Assembly (NCBI GenBank): GCA_965277895.1
Contig: CBDIDR010000001.1
Span: forward strand, 448,074-512,073
Length of the DNA stretch: 64,000 nt
Source: Flavobacteriales bacterium
Lineage (GTDB): Bacteria; Bacteroidota; Bacteroidia; Flavobacteriales; UBA7312
Reading direction: 5' to 3'
The translations under genes and the position numbers were made by a program. This document shows, piece by piece, positions 1-9,513 of the stretch. The notes below the pieces were generated by a model, which had not been told where the DNA came from, did no database searches, and saw only the letters and a list, made by a program, of their open reading frames with translations. Position 1 is the stretch's first letter. Each line of letters begins with the position of its first letter.

Positions 1-290
1 CTTTCCACTAAGTCAGAAAATTTTACAATAAGATTAAATTGTTCATCTAAGTCCTGAAGGTAGAGGTCTGCACAGGTGTCGCAAGGGAGTTCAACATTAC
101 CGCTAATGTCAAAATCTAAATCTAGCAATGTTGCTTTTTTATTTAGCTTGACGGCTACCTTTAGCGTTGCCTTTTTTACTTCAGAATTTTCGAACAATTC
201 AAAGAACGAATCTACGATGTCAAAATCAAATTGGTGCGTCCCTAATTTTAGACCCGAAAAAGGAATATCAAAATCTTTTTCTCTTACCAT
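1..290 (-). CDS. DUF177/YceD-family protein, 5' part only (gene runs off the left edge)
   Basis: Not in the ORF track because it is truncated. Manual minus-strand translation from ATG 290..288 stays open to position 1: MVREKDFDIPFSGLKLGTHQFDFDIVDSFFELFENSEVKKATLKVAVKLNKKATLLDLDFDISGNVELPCDTCADLYLQDLDEQFNLIVKFSDLVE. The layout and CxxC resemble YceD/DUF177. The + ORF 76..312 is its antisense shadow. Confidence 0.55.
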   Translation of the reverse strand, partial: MVREKDFDIPFSGLKLGTHQFDFDIVDSFFELFENSEVKKATLKVAVKLNKKATLLDLDFDISGNVELPCDTCADLYLQDLDEQFNLIVKFSDLVE

Positions 291-316
291 GAATTCAATT
301 TTTTCAAAGTAGCCTG

Positions 317-324
317 CAAATGTA
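317..324 (-). promoter_or_regulatory. Bacteroidetes-type -7 promoter box (TAnnTTTG) upstream of the DUF177 gene
   Basis: Minus strand reads TACATTTG, with 26 nt between the box and ATG 290. Confidence 0.35.
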
Positions 325-362
325 ATAATATTTCATGAAATGAGCTTAAAAAAAGCTATTGT

Positions 363-1427
363 TTACTCCACCTTGCTTCTAGAGCGTTCTTTTTTAGGGC
401 TTATTTTTAGTGGATTGCTGTTAAGCCTTTGCCATTCTTGACGCTTTTTAAAGACATCACAAGCGGTATAAACTGCTTGTCGGAATGAGGATTCTTGAGC
501 TTGATTTTTGCCGGCTATATCAAATGCAGTACCATGGTCAGGTGAGGTGCGAACGATATCCAAACCGGCAGTGAAATTAACGCCATTTCCGAAGGATAAG
601 GTCTTGAAAGGTACTAATCCTTGGTCGTGGTACATGGCTAGGACACCATCAAAGGCTTGGCGTTTGTTGGAGCCAAAAAAACCATCGGCAGGATAAGGTC
701 CAAAGGCTAAAATTCCTTCATTCTCTGCTTTTTGAAGGGCTGGAATAATGGTCTTTTTTTCTTCATCACCTATTACGCCATTGTCTCCAGCATGTGGGTT
801 TAGTCCAAGTACTGCAATTTTAGGCTTTCGAATGCCAAAATCTTGTTTAAGGCTTTGGTTTAGAGTGTTGAGTTTGTCCAGTATGGCGTCAGCACTAATG
901 TGTTTAGATACTTTTTCTAAGGGAATATGACCAGTTACTACTCCAATTCTGAGTGTATCGGACAACATCAACATTAGTGATTTTCCGTTGTGTTCTTGCT
1001 CTAAAAACTCAGTATGTCCAGGGAATTTGAAGTCGTCAGACTGTATGTTGTCTTTGTTAATGGGAGCGGTTACAAGGGCATTTATCTGACCATTTTTCAA
1101 GGCCTTATTGGCAGACTGTAAAGACGTCAAAGCGTATTTGCCACCATCAGCATTGTTTTGTCCGAAGTTGAGTTTTACTTCTTCTTTCCAACAGTTCAAA
1201 ACGTTGATTTTATTGCCTTTCGCCATCTCGATGGATTGAATTTTATTCAAAGATAAATCATCAAAATGGAGTGTTTTTTTGACTTGGTTCAGCAAATGAA
1301 AGTCGCCAAAAATAATAGGCGTACAAAAGTCTAGCATGCGTTTGTCCTTAAACGTTTTGAGGATGACTTCTGTTCCAATGCCGTTAATATCGCCAATGGA
1401 AATGCCTAATTTTAGTTTACTACTCAT
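363..1427 (-). CDS. pdxA: 4-hydroxythreonine-4-phosphate dehydrogenase
   Basis: 354 aa. PdxA-like motifs IGDINGIGTEV, NPHAGDNG and TSPDHGTAFDIAG. ATGA start/stop overlap with the upstream pepA. Confidence 0.9.
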   Translation of the reverse strand: MSSKLKLGISIGDINGIGTEVILKTFKDKRMLDFCTPIIFGDFHLLNQVKKTLHFDDLSLNKIQSIEMAKGNKINVLNCWKEEVKLNFGQNNADGGKYALTSLQSANKALKNGQINALVTAPINKDNIQSDDFKFPGHTEFLEQEHNGKSLMLMLSDTLRIGVVTGHIPLEKVSKHISADAILDKLNTLNQSLKQDFGIRKPKIAVLGLNPHAGDNGVIGDEEKKTIIPALQKAENEGILAFGPYPADGFFGSNKRQAFDGVLAMYHDQGLVPFKTLSFGNGVNFTAGLDIVRTSPDHGTAFDIAGKNQAQESSFRQAVYTACDVFKKRQEWQRLNSNPLKISPKKERSRSKVE

Positions 1428-2833
1428 TCAGATTTTGTTTTTAAAAAATCAAACAATAAGCGTACACCAACTCCTGTTCCGCCTTTACCATGATAGGTGT
1501 AAGGAGCCAATAAAAATGCCGGTCCAGCAATGTCCAAATGGGTATATGGATAGTCGGTGAAATGCTCTAGAAACTTACCAGCTGTAATGGCACCTGCTTC
1601 AGCTCCGCCAAGGTTTTTAAGGTCGGCAATAGGTGATTTTAAATCTTCCTTGTAGTCGTCCCAAAAAGGCATTTCAGCAATTCTTTCATGTACATTTTTA
1701 CCACTTTCTTTGAGTTCTTGCATAGTGCCTTCATCATTACCCATAGCTACTACGCCTCTTTTGCCTATGGCTCTTGCTGCTGCACCGGTTAAGGTGGCAA
1801 GGTCAATCACCAATTCTGGCTTGTAGTTTTTAGCAAAACTTAGTGCGTCGGCAAGAATTAAACGCCCTTCAGCATCTGTATTTAGCACCTCTACTGTTGT
1901 GCCGTCGTGCATAGTAATGACATCGCCAGGAGCATAGGCATTTCCAGACGGACGGTTATCAGTTGCTGGTACAAGACCAATGACGTGTAGGTTTAGTTTA
2001 GCTTTAGCAATAGCATACATAGTTCCTACTACGGCTGCTGAGCCACCCATATCGCACTTCATCATATCCATAGAGTTGGCTGTTGGTTTTAGGGACAAGC
2101 CACCTGTATCGTAAACAATCCCCTTTCCTACTAGTACAATTGGCTGACTATTGGAGTGCGTTTTGGGTTTCCACTCCATTATGCTAAAGGTTGGTGGGTC
2201 AATACTTCCTTTGTTTACAGATAACAAACCGCCCATTTTTAGGGCTTCAATTTTTTTCTTGTGAAGAACTTCAACTTTAAAGCCTGCTTCTTCGCCCATT
2301 TTCTCAATATCTTGGCTGTATTGCATAGCGGTGAGGTAAGAGAAAGGTTCATTTACTAAGTCTTTAGCAACATAAGTCCCTTCAATTACGGCATTGAGTT
2401 GATTGATTTCTTCATCACCATTTGCCGAATGCAGACTAATCTCTTTTAGGCTATTTTCTTTTTTGTCGGTGAAGTACTTTAGGAATTGGTAATTGCTCAA
2501 GGCAAGGCCCTCAGTAAAAGCCCAAGCGACTTTTGGCTGATTGCTTAAGTCCACCACTGTGATATGGGCTATTTTTTCTTGGCAAATGCTAGAATGCAAA
2601 GCTTTAGCTGCTAGTCTATTACCTTCTAATTTTTCATCAGTTTTTTGAACAAAAACAAACTGATTATAGCGGTTAATAGTTACGCTTTTATTGTCTTTGT
2701 CAAAGCTGTTTTGAATATAGTTTTTTTCTTCTTCAGAGAATGAAAAAGACGATAAGTCGTCTATAGATTGGCATAAAAGCACCGTAGATTGGCCATCGGG
2801 AATATGTTTTGCTAAAGAGATGAGTAAGTCCAT
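1424..2833 (-). CDS. pepA: Leucyl aminopeptidase, M17 family
   Basis: 469 aa. M17 signature NTDAEGRLILADAL, plus VGKGIVYDTGG and CDMGGSAAV metal/active-site blocks. Confidence 0.9.
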   Translation of the reverse strand: MDLLISLAKHIPDGQSTVLLCQSIDDLSSFSFSEEEKNYIQNSFDKDNKSVTINRYNQFVFVQKTDEKLEGNRLAAKALHSSICQEKIAHITVVDLSNQPKVAWAFTEGLALSNYQFLKYFTDKKENSLKEISLHSANGDEEINQLNAVIEGTYVAKDLVNEPFSYLTAMQYSQDIEKMGEEAGFKVEVLHKKKIEALKMGGLLSVNKGSIDPPTFSIMEWKPKTHSNSQPIVLVGKGIVYDTGGLSLKPTANSMDMMKCDMGGSAAVVGTMYAIAKAKLNLHVIGLVPATDNRPSGNAYAPGDVITMHDGTTVEVLNTDAEGRLILADALSFAKNYKPELVIDLATLTGAAARAIGKRGVVAMGNDEGTMQELKESGKNVHERIAEMPFWDDYKEDLKSPIADLKNLGGAEAGAITAGKFLEHFTDYPYTHLDIAGPAFLLAPYTYHGKGGTGVGVRLLFDFLKTKSE

Positions 2834-2845
2834 AATTTATTGTCG

Positions 2846-2853
2846 TATTTTTG
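2846..2853 (+). promoter_or_regulatory. -7 promoter box (TAnnTTTG) for the radical-SAM gene
   Basis: TATTTTTG, with 24 nt before ATG 2878. Confidence 0.4.
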
Positions 2854-2859
2854 TACCCT

Positions 2860-2867
2860 CAAAATTA
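2860..2867 (-). promoter_or_regulatory. -7 promoter box (TAnnTTTG) for pepA
   Basis: Minus strand reads TAATTTTG, with 26 nt before ATG 2833. It interdigitates with the + strand box at 2846..2853. Confidence 0.4.
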
Positions 2868-2877
2868 GACAATTTAG

Positions 2878-4002
2878 ATGAATTCAGACCAATTATTAAA
2901 ACGTGCCTTAGCCTTTGAATTTTTAACAGCAAAGGAAGGGCAGTTTCTATTTGAAAATGTGCCAACGGCAGAATTAATGTGGGTAGCTAATGAATTGCGT
3001 AAAATTCAAAAACCCGATGGTCTAGTGACGTGGCAGATTGACAGAAACGTCAATACCACCAACGCCTGTATTGCCAATTGCAAGTTTTGTAACTTCTTCC
3101 GTCCACCAGGGCATGATGAAGTGTATGTCACGACTATTGATCAATACAAACCAAAGATTGAAGAGACCATTCGCTACGGTGGCGACCAATTACTGCTTCA
3201 AGGTGGACACCACCCTGAATTGGGATTGGATTTTTATACTAATCTGTTCAAAGAATTAAAAGAATTATATCCTGAAATTAGGTTGCATGCTCTTGGACCA
3301 CCAGAGGTGGCACACATCTGTAAGCTAGAAGGCAAGTCGCATTTAGAAGTTTTAGCGGCATTGAAAGAGGCTGGCATGGACAGTCTGCCGGGAGCTGGTG
3401 CAGAAATACTAAACGATAGGGTAAGGCGATTAATTTCCAGAGGTAAATGTACAGGTCAAGAGTGGCTAGACGTTATGCGTGCCTGCCATCAGCTGGATAT
3501 TACCACTTCGGCGACTATGATGTTTGGACATATAGAAACCCTAGAGGAACGTTTTGAGCATTTGGTATGGATTCGTGAAGTACAAGCCGAAAAGCCCAAA
3601 GATGCTAATGGCTTTTTAGCCTTCATTCCTTGGCCCTTTATGGACGATGGCACTTTGCTAAAACGCATTAGAGGGATACAAAATAATGTGTCTGGTGACG
3701 AATATTTGCGTATGATTGCAATTAGTCGAATTATGTTGCCAAACATTAAAAACATACAAGCCTCTTGGTTAACCGTCGGAAAAGAAACCGCACAATTGTG
3801 TTTGGAAGGTGGTGCCAATGACTTTGGGTCTATCATGATAGAAGAAAATGTAGTATCGGCAGCGGGAGCTCCTCATCGTTTTACGTATAAAACCATTCAG
3901 GAATCTATTCGACAAGCAGGTTTTGAGCCACAACTAAGAAGACAAGATTATACCTTCAGAGAAATACCTGAGGGAATTGAAGAACAAGTCATTAATTACT
4001 AA
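2878..4002 (+). CDS. Radical-SAM enzyme of the CofH/MqnC/MqnE family (futalosine-type menaquinone biosynthesis)
   Basis: 374 aa. Has a CxxxCxxC cluster motif (CIANCKFCNF) and a C-terminal half typical of this family. MqnC and MqnE cannot be separated by eye. Confidence 0.7.
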   Translation: MNSDQLLKRALAFEFLTAKEGQFLFENVPTAELMWVANELRKIQKPDGLVTWQIDRNVNTTNACIANCKFCNFFRPPGHDEVYVTTIDQYKPKIEETIRYGGDQLLLQGGHHPELGLDFYTNLFKELKELYPEIRLHALGPPEVAHICKLEGKSHLEVLAALKEAGMDSLPGAGAEILNDRVRRLISRGKCTGQEWLDVMRACHQLDITTSATMMFGHIETLEERFEHLVWIREVQAEKPKDANGFLAFIPWPFMDDGTLLKRIRGIQNNVSGDEYLRMIAISRIMLPNIKNIQASWLTVGKETAQLCLEGGANDFGSIMIEENVVSAAGAPHRFTYKTIQESIRQAGFEPQLRRQDYTFREIPEGIEEQVINY

Positions 4003-4003
4003 A

Positions 4004-4582
4004 ATGTTTACAGGAATTATTGAACATATGGGTGAAGTCGTTGCTTTGGAAAAAGAGCTAGACAACCTTCATATATCTATGCGAACACCCATAACTTCTG
4101 AACTAAAGATTGATCAGAGTGTTGCTCACAATGGTATTTGCCTGACGGTGGTAAATATTGAGGGAGATGTGTATACAGTAACTGCCATCAAAGAAACTCT
4201 TGACAAAACCAATTTGGGACAATTAGAAGTTGGGCATAAAGTAAATATTGAACGCTGTATGAAGTTGGGCGATAGACTAGATGGACATATTGTTCAAGGA
4301 CACGTTGACCAAACTGCAAAATGTACCGATATAGGCATAGAAAACGGTTGGCATACCTTTACTTTTGACTATGAACCTTCGCAACACATTACCGTAGAAA
4401 AAGGATCTATTTGTGTTAATGGCGTGAGTCTTACGGTTGTCAATTCTAAGAAAAACAGTTTTTCTGTTGCCATAATACCCTATACGTTTGAGCATACTAA
4501 TTTCAGAGATTTTGAAGTGGGTACTACGGTCAATTTAGAGTTTGACATTATTGGAAAATACATTACAAAAATGAATTCATGA
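4004..4582 (+). CDS. ribE: Riboflavin synthase (alpha chain)
   Basis: MFTGIIEHMGEV is the canonical N-terminus. Two lumazine-binding repeats are present (SVAHNGICLTV and SICVNGVSLTV). The ORF-track start at 3977 is a TTG inside the previous gene; ATG 4004 lies 1 nt after that gene's stop. Confidence 0.9.
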   Translation: MFTGIIEHMGEVVALEKELDNLHISMRTPITSELKIDQSVAHNGICLTVVNIEGDVYTVTAIKETLDKTNLGQLEVGHKVNIERCMKLGDRLDGHIVQGHVDQTAKCTDIGIENGWHTFTFDYEPSQHITVEKGSICVNGVSLTVVNSKKNSFSVAIIPYTFEHTNFRDFEVGTTVNLEFDIIGKYITKMNS

Positions 4583-4857
4583 AAAAATTCTTTCGATTAA
4601 TAACCCTATTAGAAGGGCTCTCCTATATACTTTTACTTTTTATTGCTGTGCCTTTGAAGTATGGTGCTGGTGATGATTTTTTGGTCAAAATACTAGGTAT
4701 GCCTCATGGTATTCTGTTTATGCTTTACTTGGCATTGGCTTTTTATTTGAAAGACAGCTACAAATGGAAATGGCAGCAGACGGCTATTGTGTTTTTAGCC
4801 TCTATAGTTCCTTTCGGCACTTTTTATGTGGACAGAAAATACCTAAAAGACAAGTAA
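4579..4857 (+). CDS. Small integral membrane protein (DUF3817-like)
   Basis: 92 aa with three hydrophobic helices. ATGA overlap with the ribE stop. Family assignment is from memory of similar small proteins only. Confidence 0.55.
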   Translation: MKKFFRLITLLEGLSYILLLFIAVPLKYGAGDDFLVKILGMPHGILFMLYLALAFYLKDSYKWKWQQTAIVFLASIVPFGTFYVDRKYLKDK

Positions 4858-7035
4858 ACGCTCGGTGTAGCTGTGTCCTTGCAGTTGTATTTCTATAAAG
4901 TAAACTCCTGATTTTAGATGATGTAGTGTAATCGGGTTAGTCCATTTTTGACTAAAGCTCATAAGCTCTTTTCCCAAGCTATTTTTTATAGAAAGTCTTT
5001 CAAAATGATTGTCTTGTACCAATAAGTCAATGTTTAGCAAACCATTAGTGGGGTTTGGGTAAAGGCTAAATGGCAGACCAAAATAGTCGTTAAGTTGTTC
5101 CTTCATTATCGTAGGCCTGATGGCAGCAAAAGAATATAAGCCCTTCACCGCTTCTTGCCAATCGTTAATGTCGTTGGGTGCTGACCACCTCATACAATGC
5201 TCGTTCACTTCTGGAGCATATAAAGCCTTTGTTTCGTCGATGTGTTTCATAAGGTTTTGAGTGCTGAATGTAGACTCAAGCAGCTCATTAAAACGGTAGC
5301 GAAAGGACTGTTTAAAGTTCTCATTTTTGAAAAGGTGATGCATCAATTCGGTAGACCATTCTGGAAAATCTTGACGGACACCACGGGCAGAAATAAAATC
5401 GCCTAAAAGTTCATAATTCTCATAACTCATACATTCGTCGCAGTCAAAAAATAACCACCGCCATTTACCATCTTTTTGGGCTTTCCAAAATTTGATGTTG
5501 TTGTGTGGCCAATCCGTATTTGCCAAAAACAATTGGGTGCAATAGTAGTCAATGAGGTTATCGATATCTATCCAATTACTCACTTGTGCGTAATGCACTT
5601 CTTGACTCAAGTCGTTTGTTTGTAAATAATTTCTCAATGTCAAAAAGTCGGCATTGCTACCTTCTTCGACCTTAGCATCTGCAGATAATAAATCTATATT
5701 TTGTACACCTAAATAATCTTCAATAAAGTATTCGTCCATACGCTCGTTGAGGTGGTGAATGCCCCAATACGAACCGTTTACAAAGACAATCACCTCTTGA
5801 GAGGCGGGGTGTTCCAAGTTTAACTCTTTGACAATTTTTTGAGCCAATTCGTTTTTAAACAAGGTATTTTTCCAGTCGTTGGAACTGGCAGACCGTAGTA
5901 TAATTCGCTTGAAAGAATCCTTCTCTTTATCTTCAAAAAAGGGGTGATTCAGTCGCTTTTTGCCATAACTATTACGAGCATAAAGCAATAGTGATTTTTG
6001 GGCTAGTGTTCGCCCTTTGTTGCCATTGGTGCGAAGTCCCAGTTCTTGTTGAACGAGCAACTTACCATTGCGGTCAAAATATTCAAAATGGACAGGGCGT
6101 TCCCATTGCCTCCCTCTTTGTGAGTAGTTGGTGTTTTGCCCCTTTACATAAATACCACTTTCGTTGTCGAATAAATTAGCGTCTTGAGTAACTAATGATA
6201 CTATTGGGAAGCTATATCTTTCGGCAATATTCTCATCTACAAAATAGGTTTTGGTGTACACTTTACTAATTTGTTCTCCCTCTAGAAAAGCAGCAACTCT
6301 AATGGTATGTCCTTTGTAAATAGTTTCTTTGGGCGGATACCAATTATCTGCAGTTTGAACTTTTGAAATGCTGTTAGGTTTACTCTTCAAATCTCTTAGT
6401 GGCAAGGGATTGTTGTATTGAGGAGAATTTGCCGTTGGGATTTCACTATTGCTTGTGAAGTGAAGAGTTGCTTCAGGATTGGAGGCTAGAATTTCTAATT
6501 CAAAAGGCTTTTGCTGAAAGGCGTTGTGGTGTGAAAAATATAATATACTAAAGTCTTGTGCAATGGTTTCGTTTGTTGTATTTGGGCTAGGCGTATTTAA
6601 TATCCCCATCTGTGCTGTTCCGTCTGGAAATCTGCCAAATGCCTGATTCTCAAGGAGGGGAACGGGAGGGAAAGAATCTACCAGTCCACTATCAATATGA
6701 CTAAGGTAAAGAGCTTCTCCTTGGCTGCTAATTTTGAAGTTGGCGTGCAAGTCGCCGTGTTCATCGCTAGCAAAAATGACAATATGCGATTGACCCTTGA
6801 GGTAGCGATTAGGCATTTGCCATTTGTAGGTGTCGCTTAGGTCGTCAGACAAATAATAGTCTTTTAATAGGATATCAGTAGTGCTACTATTATAGAATTC
6901 TATCCAATCCGAATAGTTTTGAAAGTCATTCAGCAAACCACATTCGTTTTTGGAAACGATTTCGTTGAGTACAATTTGGCTTTTCAACGAAAGGGATATT
7001 CCAACAAAAACTAATAGAGCAAGGCAAAGACGCAT
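4843..7035 (-). CDS. Secreted CotH-family protein with N-terminal lamin-tail domain (LTD) and T9SS C-terminal sorting domain
   Basis: 730 aa. Signal peptide MRLCLALLVFVGISLSLKS|Q. LTD-like block LNEIVSKN...DWIEFYN...YYLSDD...FKISSQGEALYL...GRFPDG. CotH-like core (RSASSNDW...FVNGSYWGIHHLNERMDEYF...NNIKFW). C-terminus LYPNPTNGLLNIDL...LKSGVYFIEIQLQGHSYTERLLVF is a type-A T9SS CTD. Confidence 0.85.
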   Translation of the reverse strand: MRLCLALLVFVGISLSLKSQIVLNEIVSKNECGLLNDFQNYSDWIEFYNSSTTDILLKDYYLSDDLSDTYKWQMPNRYLKGQSHIVIFASDEHGDLHANFKISSQGEALYLSHIDSGLVDSFPPVPLLENQAFGRFPDGTAQMGILNTPSPNTTNETIAQDFSILYFSHHNAFQQKPFELEILASNPEATLHFTSNSEIPTANSPQYNNPLPLRDLKSKPNSISKVQTADNWYPPKETIYKGHTIRVAAFLEGEQISKVYTKTYFVDENIAERYSFPIVSLVTQDANLFDNESGIYVKGQNTNYSQRGRQWERPVHFEYFDRNGKLLVQQELGLRTNGNKGRTLAQKSLLLYARNSYGKKRLNHPFFEDKEKDSFKRIILRSASSNDWKNTLFKNELAQKIVKELNLEHPASQEVIVFVNGSYWGIHHLNERMDEYFIEDYLGVQNIDLLSADAKVEEGSNADFLTLRNYLQTNDLSQEVHYAQVSNWIDIDNLIDYYCTQLFLANTDWPHNNIKFWKAQKDGKWRWLFFDCDECMSYENYELLGDFISARGVRQDFPEWSTELMHHLFKNENFKQSFRYRFNELLESTFSTQNLMKHIDETKALYAPEVNEHCMRWSAPNDINDWQEAVKGLYSFAAIRPTIMKEQLNDYFGLPFSLYPNPTNGLLNIDLLVQDNHFERLSIKNSLGKELMSFSQKWTNPITLHHLKSGVYFIEIQLQGHSYTERLLVF

Positions 7036-7592
7036 TAGTGGAAGCTTATTCCAACCTTAAATGAAATGAGGTCGAGAGTTAGGGATTCGGTATTGTAGAT
7101 TTGTCCGTCTGTGTTGAGGTGTTCTAAATCCACTTTTTGCATGATGTAACTTAGCCCGGCGGTAAGCCCCCATTTATCATTAATACGGTAGTAGTAGCCT
7201 ATGCCTGGCGAGAAATATACTCTCCCAACATAGTTGTTGTAAATAGCGTTTTCAAAGTCACTGTTTCTAGCTTTGGCATAGCCAATGGAGGTTGTGAAAT
7301 AGGGACTGTTACTTTGGCTTTTTTTATGTGCTCTGCATTGCAAGAATAGAGGCATAAACTCTTCGCTTTCTAATTGCAAATACGCTGCTCCAACACCAAG
7401 CTGTACATAGTCGCCAAAGGATTTAGTAACATTAATCTCAGCCAAACCACCAGACTTTAGAATGGGAAAGGTCTTGCTCAGCTGGATGCCTCTCAGCCCA
7501 CCGATTTCTATTTGGGTGTTTAATTGGGCATTTTGGCTATACGCCAGATTAAAGCTCAAGAATACCAAGAGCAGAGTAATAATCTGTTTCAT
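7035..7592 (-). CDS. Small outer-membrane beta-barrel protein (porin-family-like)
   Basis: 185 aa. Signal peptide ...FNLAYS|QNAQ, alternating amphipathic strands rich in G/Y, aromatic C-terminal strand (FKVGISFH). Its TAA shares one base with the CotH ATG (TAATG at 7033..7037). Confidence 0.6.
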   Translation of the reverse strand: MKQIITLLLVFLSFNLAYSQNAQLNTQIEIGGLRGIQLSKTFPILKSGGLAEINVTKSFGDYVQLGVGAAYLQLESEEFMPLFLQCRAHKKSQSNSPYFTTSIGYAKARNSDFENAIYNNYVGRVYFSPGIGYYYRINDKWGLTAGLSYIMQKVDLEHLNTDGQIYNTESLTLDLISFKVGISFH

Positions 7593-7691
7593 TGCTCAAA
7601 GGTAAGGAAGTATTTTTTTATTTGTGACGGCTATAAATTTTATCGCATTCTTACTGGCTCTCAGAATTAAAATTCCTTATTTTCGCCTACT

Positions 7692-9482
7692 ATGAAACAC
7701 ATTCGAAATTTCTGTATCATTGCCCATATCGACCACGGTAAAAGTACGCTAGCCGATAGACTTTTAGAGTTTACTGGAACGGTAACTGAACGCGAAGCTC
7801 AGAACCAATTGCTTGATGATATGGACTTGGAGCGTGAACGAGGGATTACTATTAAGAGCCATGCTATACAGATGGAATATTCACTGAATGGCATCGACTA
7901 TATCCTAAATCTCATTGACACTCCTGGTCACGTTGATTTTTCGTACGAAGTCTCACGTTCTATCGCGGCTTGTGAAGGAGCTTTGCTCATTGTAGATGCC
8001 GCTCAAGGCATACAAGCCCAAACCATTTCTAACTTATATTTAGCATTAGAAAACGACTTAGAAATTATACCCGTTCTCAATAAAATTGATTTGCCCTCAG
8101 CTGATCCAGAAGTGGTAAAAGACCAGATTATTGACCTTATCGGATGTAAAGACGAAGAAATTATTCCTGCTTCTGCCAAAACAGGCCTAGGCATTGACGA
8201 TATTTTACACGCTATTGTTGAGCGTGTACCAGCTCCAGAAGGCGATATTAACGCCCCCCTTCAAGCTATGATTTTTGATTCGGTGTACAATTCTTTTAGA
8301 GGAATTGAGGCCTACTTCAAAATTATTAATGGAACAATTAACAAAGGCGATGAAGTACAATTTATGGCAACTGGCAAAAGCTATTTTGCCGATGAAATAG
8401 GAGCCTTGAAACTCAAGCAAAAGCCCATGAACTCCTTGTCGGCAGGAGAAGTGGGTTACCTCATCTCTGGAATTAAAGATGCTAGAGAAGTTAAGGTGGG
8501 AGATACCATTACACTAAAAAACAACCCTTCACAAGATGCCGTTCAAGGCTTTGAAGATGTAAAGCCCATGGTATTTGCGGGGATTTATCCAGTAGATACG
8601 GAAGACTATGAAGAATTGCGTAACTCTATGGAAAAGCTTCAGCTCAACGATGCCTCATTGACTTTTGAGCCTGAATCCTCCGCCGCATTAGGCTTTGGTT
8701 TCCGTTGTGGCTTTTTAGGAATGTTGCACATGGAAATAATCCAAGAACGTTTGGAAAGAGAATTTGATATGACGGTAATTACTACCGTACCCAATGTATC
8801 CTATTTTGCCTATACCACTGCCGGAGAGAAGATGTCCATTCACAACCCTTCGGATTTGCCAGACCCTTCTACTATGGATTATGTGGAAGAGCCGTTTATT
8901 AAAGCACAAATCATTACCAAATCAGACTACGTTGGGGCGGTAATGTCCTTATGTATAGAAAAACGAGGGATACTCACCAACCAAGTTTATTTGACAACCG
9001 ATAGAGTTGAACTATCCTTCGAAATGCCATTGGGTGAAATTGTTTTTGATTTTTACGATAAACTAAAAAGTATTTCTAGAGGGTATGCCTCATTTGATTA
9101 TTTCCCGCTTGAGTACAGGCGTTCTAATTTAGCTAAATTGGATATCCTTTTGAATGGCGACCAAGTGGATGCTTTATCTGCACTTATCCACCGCGATAAT
9201 GCTTATACCTTAGGTAAAAAGATTTGCCTTAAACTTAGAGAACTTATTCCGCGTCAGCAGTTTGATATTGCTATACAATCGGCTATCGGCTCAAAAATTA
9301 TCTCTAGAGAAACAGTAAAAGCAGTGCGAAAAGACGTTACTGCACGTTGTTACGGAGGTGATATTACCAGAAAAAGAAAGCTACTCGAAAAGCAGAAAAA
9401 AGGAAAGAAAAAAATGAGACAGATTGGTAGTGTGGAAGTGCCTCAATCTGCCTTTATGGCGGTTTTAAAGTTAGACGACTAA
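7692..9482 (+). CDS. lepA: Translation elongation factor 4
   Basis: 596 aa. [15 protein letters not shown]1 motif, DTPGH, NKID, and a LepA-specific C-terminal domain ending ...[23 protein letters not shown]. Confidence 0.95.
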   Translation: MKHIRNFCIIAHIDHGKSTLADRLLEFTGTVTEREAQNQLLDDMDLERERGITIKSHAIQMEYSLNGIDYILNLIDTPGHVDFSYEVSRSIAACEGALLIVDAAQGIQAQTISNLYLALENDLEIIPVLNKIDLPSADPEVVKDQIIDLIGCKDEEIIPASAKTGLGIDDILHAIVERVPAPEGDINAPLQAMIFDSVYNSFRGIEAYFKIINGTINKGDEVQFMATGKSYFADEIGALKLKQKPMNSLSAGEVGYLISGIKDAREVKVGDTITLKNNPSQDAVQGFEDVKPMVFAGIYPVDTEDYEELRNSMEKLQLNDASLTFEPESSAALGFGFRCGFLGMLHMEIIQERLEREFDMTVITTVPNVSYFAYTTAGEKMSIHNPSDLPDPSTMDYVEEPFIKAQIITKSDYVGAVMSLCIEKRGILTNQVYLTTDRVELSFEMPLGEIVFDFYDKLKSISRGYASFDYFPLEYRRSNLAKLDILLNGDQVDALSALIHRDNAYTLGKKICLKLRELIPRQQFDIAIQSAIGSKIISRETVKAVRKDVTARCYGGDITRKRKLLEKQKKGKKKMRQIGSVEVPQSAFMAVLKLDD

Positions 9483-9513
9483 TTTATATATTGCTTAAAA
9501 TTATCCAAGAATT

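Noticed and set aside
76-312. Listed + strand ORF (78 aa) at the left edge
   Set aside because: It lies antisense to a much better minus-strand reading (DUF177/YceD-like, open from 290 to the window edge, with a promoter box upstream). The + ORF has a low-complexity S/K/F-rich composition.
330-341. Perfect palindrome ATTTCATGAAAT after pdxA as a terminator
   Set aside because: It has no loop. As RNA it could form only about 4 bp of A/U-rich stem, and there is no adjacent T-run in the right orientation.
3977-4003. Extended alternative starts given by the ORF track (ribE 3977, purD 11761, desaturase 25275, bacilliredoxin 34628, amidohydrolases 44035 and 47030, msrBA 51147, metG 58070)
   Set aside because: Each extension overlaps the neighbouring gene or precedes a canonical family N-terminus or signal peptide that begins at an internal ATG. 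Several of the extensions begin with TTG.
4002-4004. FMN riboswitch ahead of riboflavin synthase
   Set aside because: Only 1 nt separates ribE from the preceding gene, so there is no space for a leader RNA.
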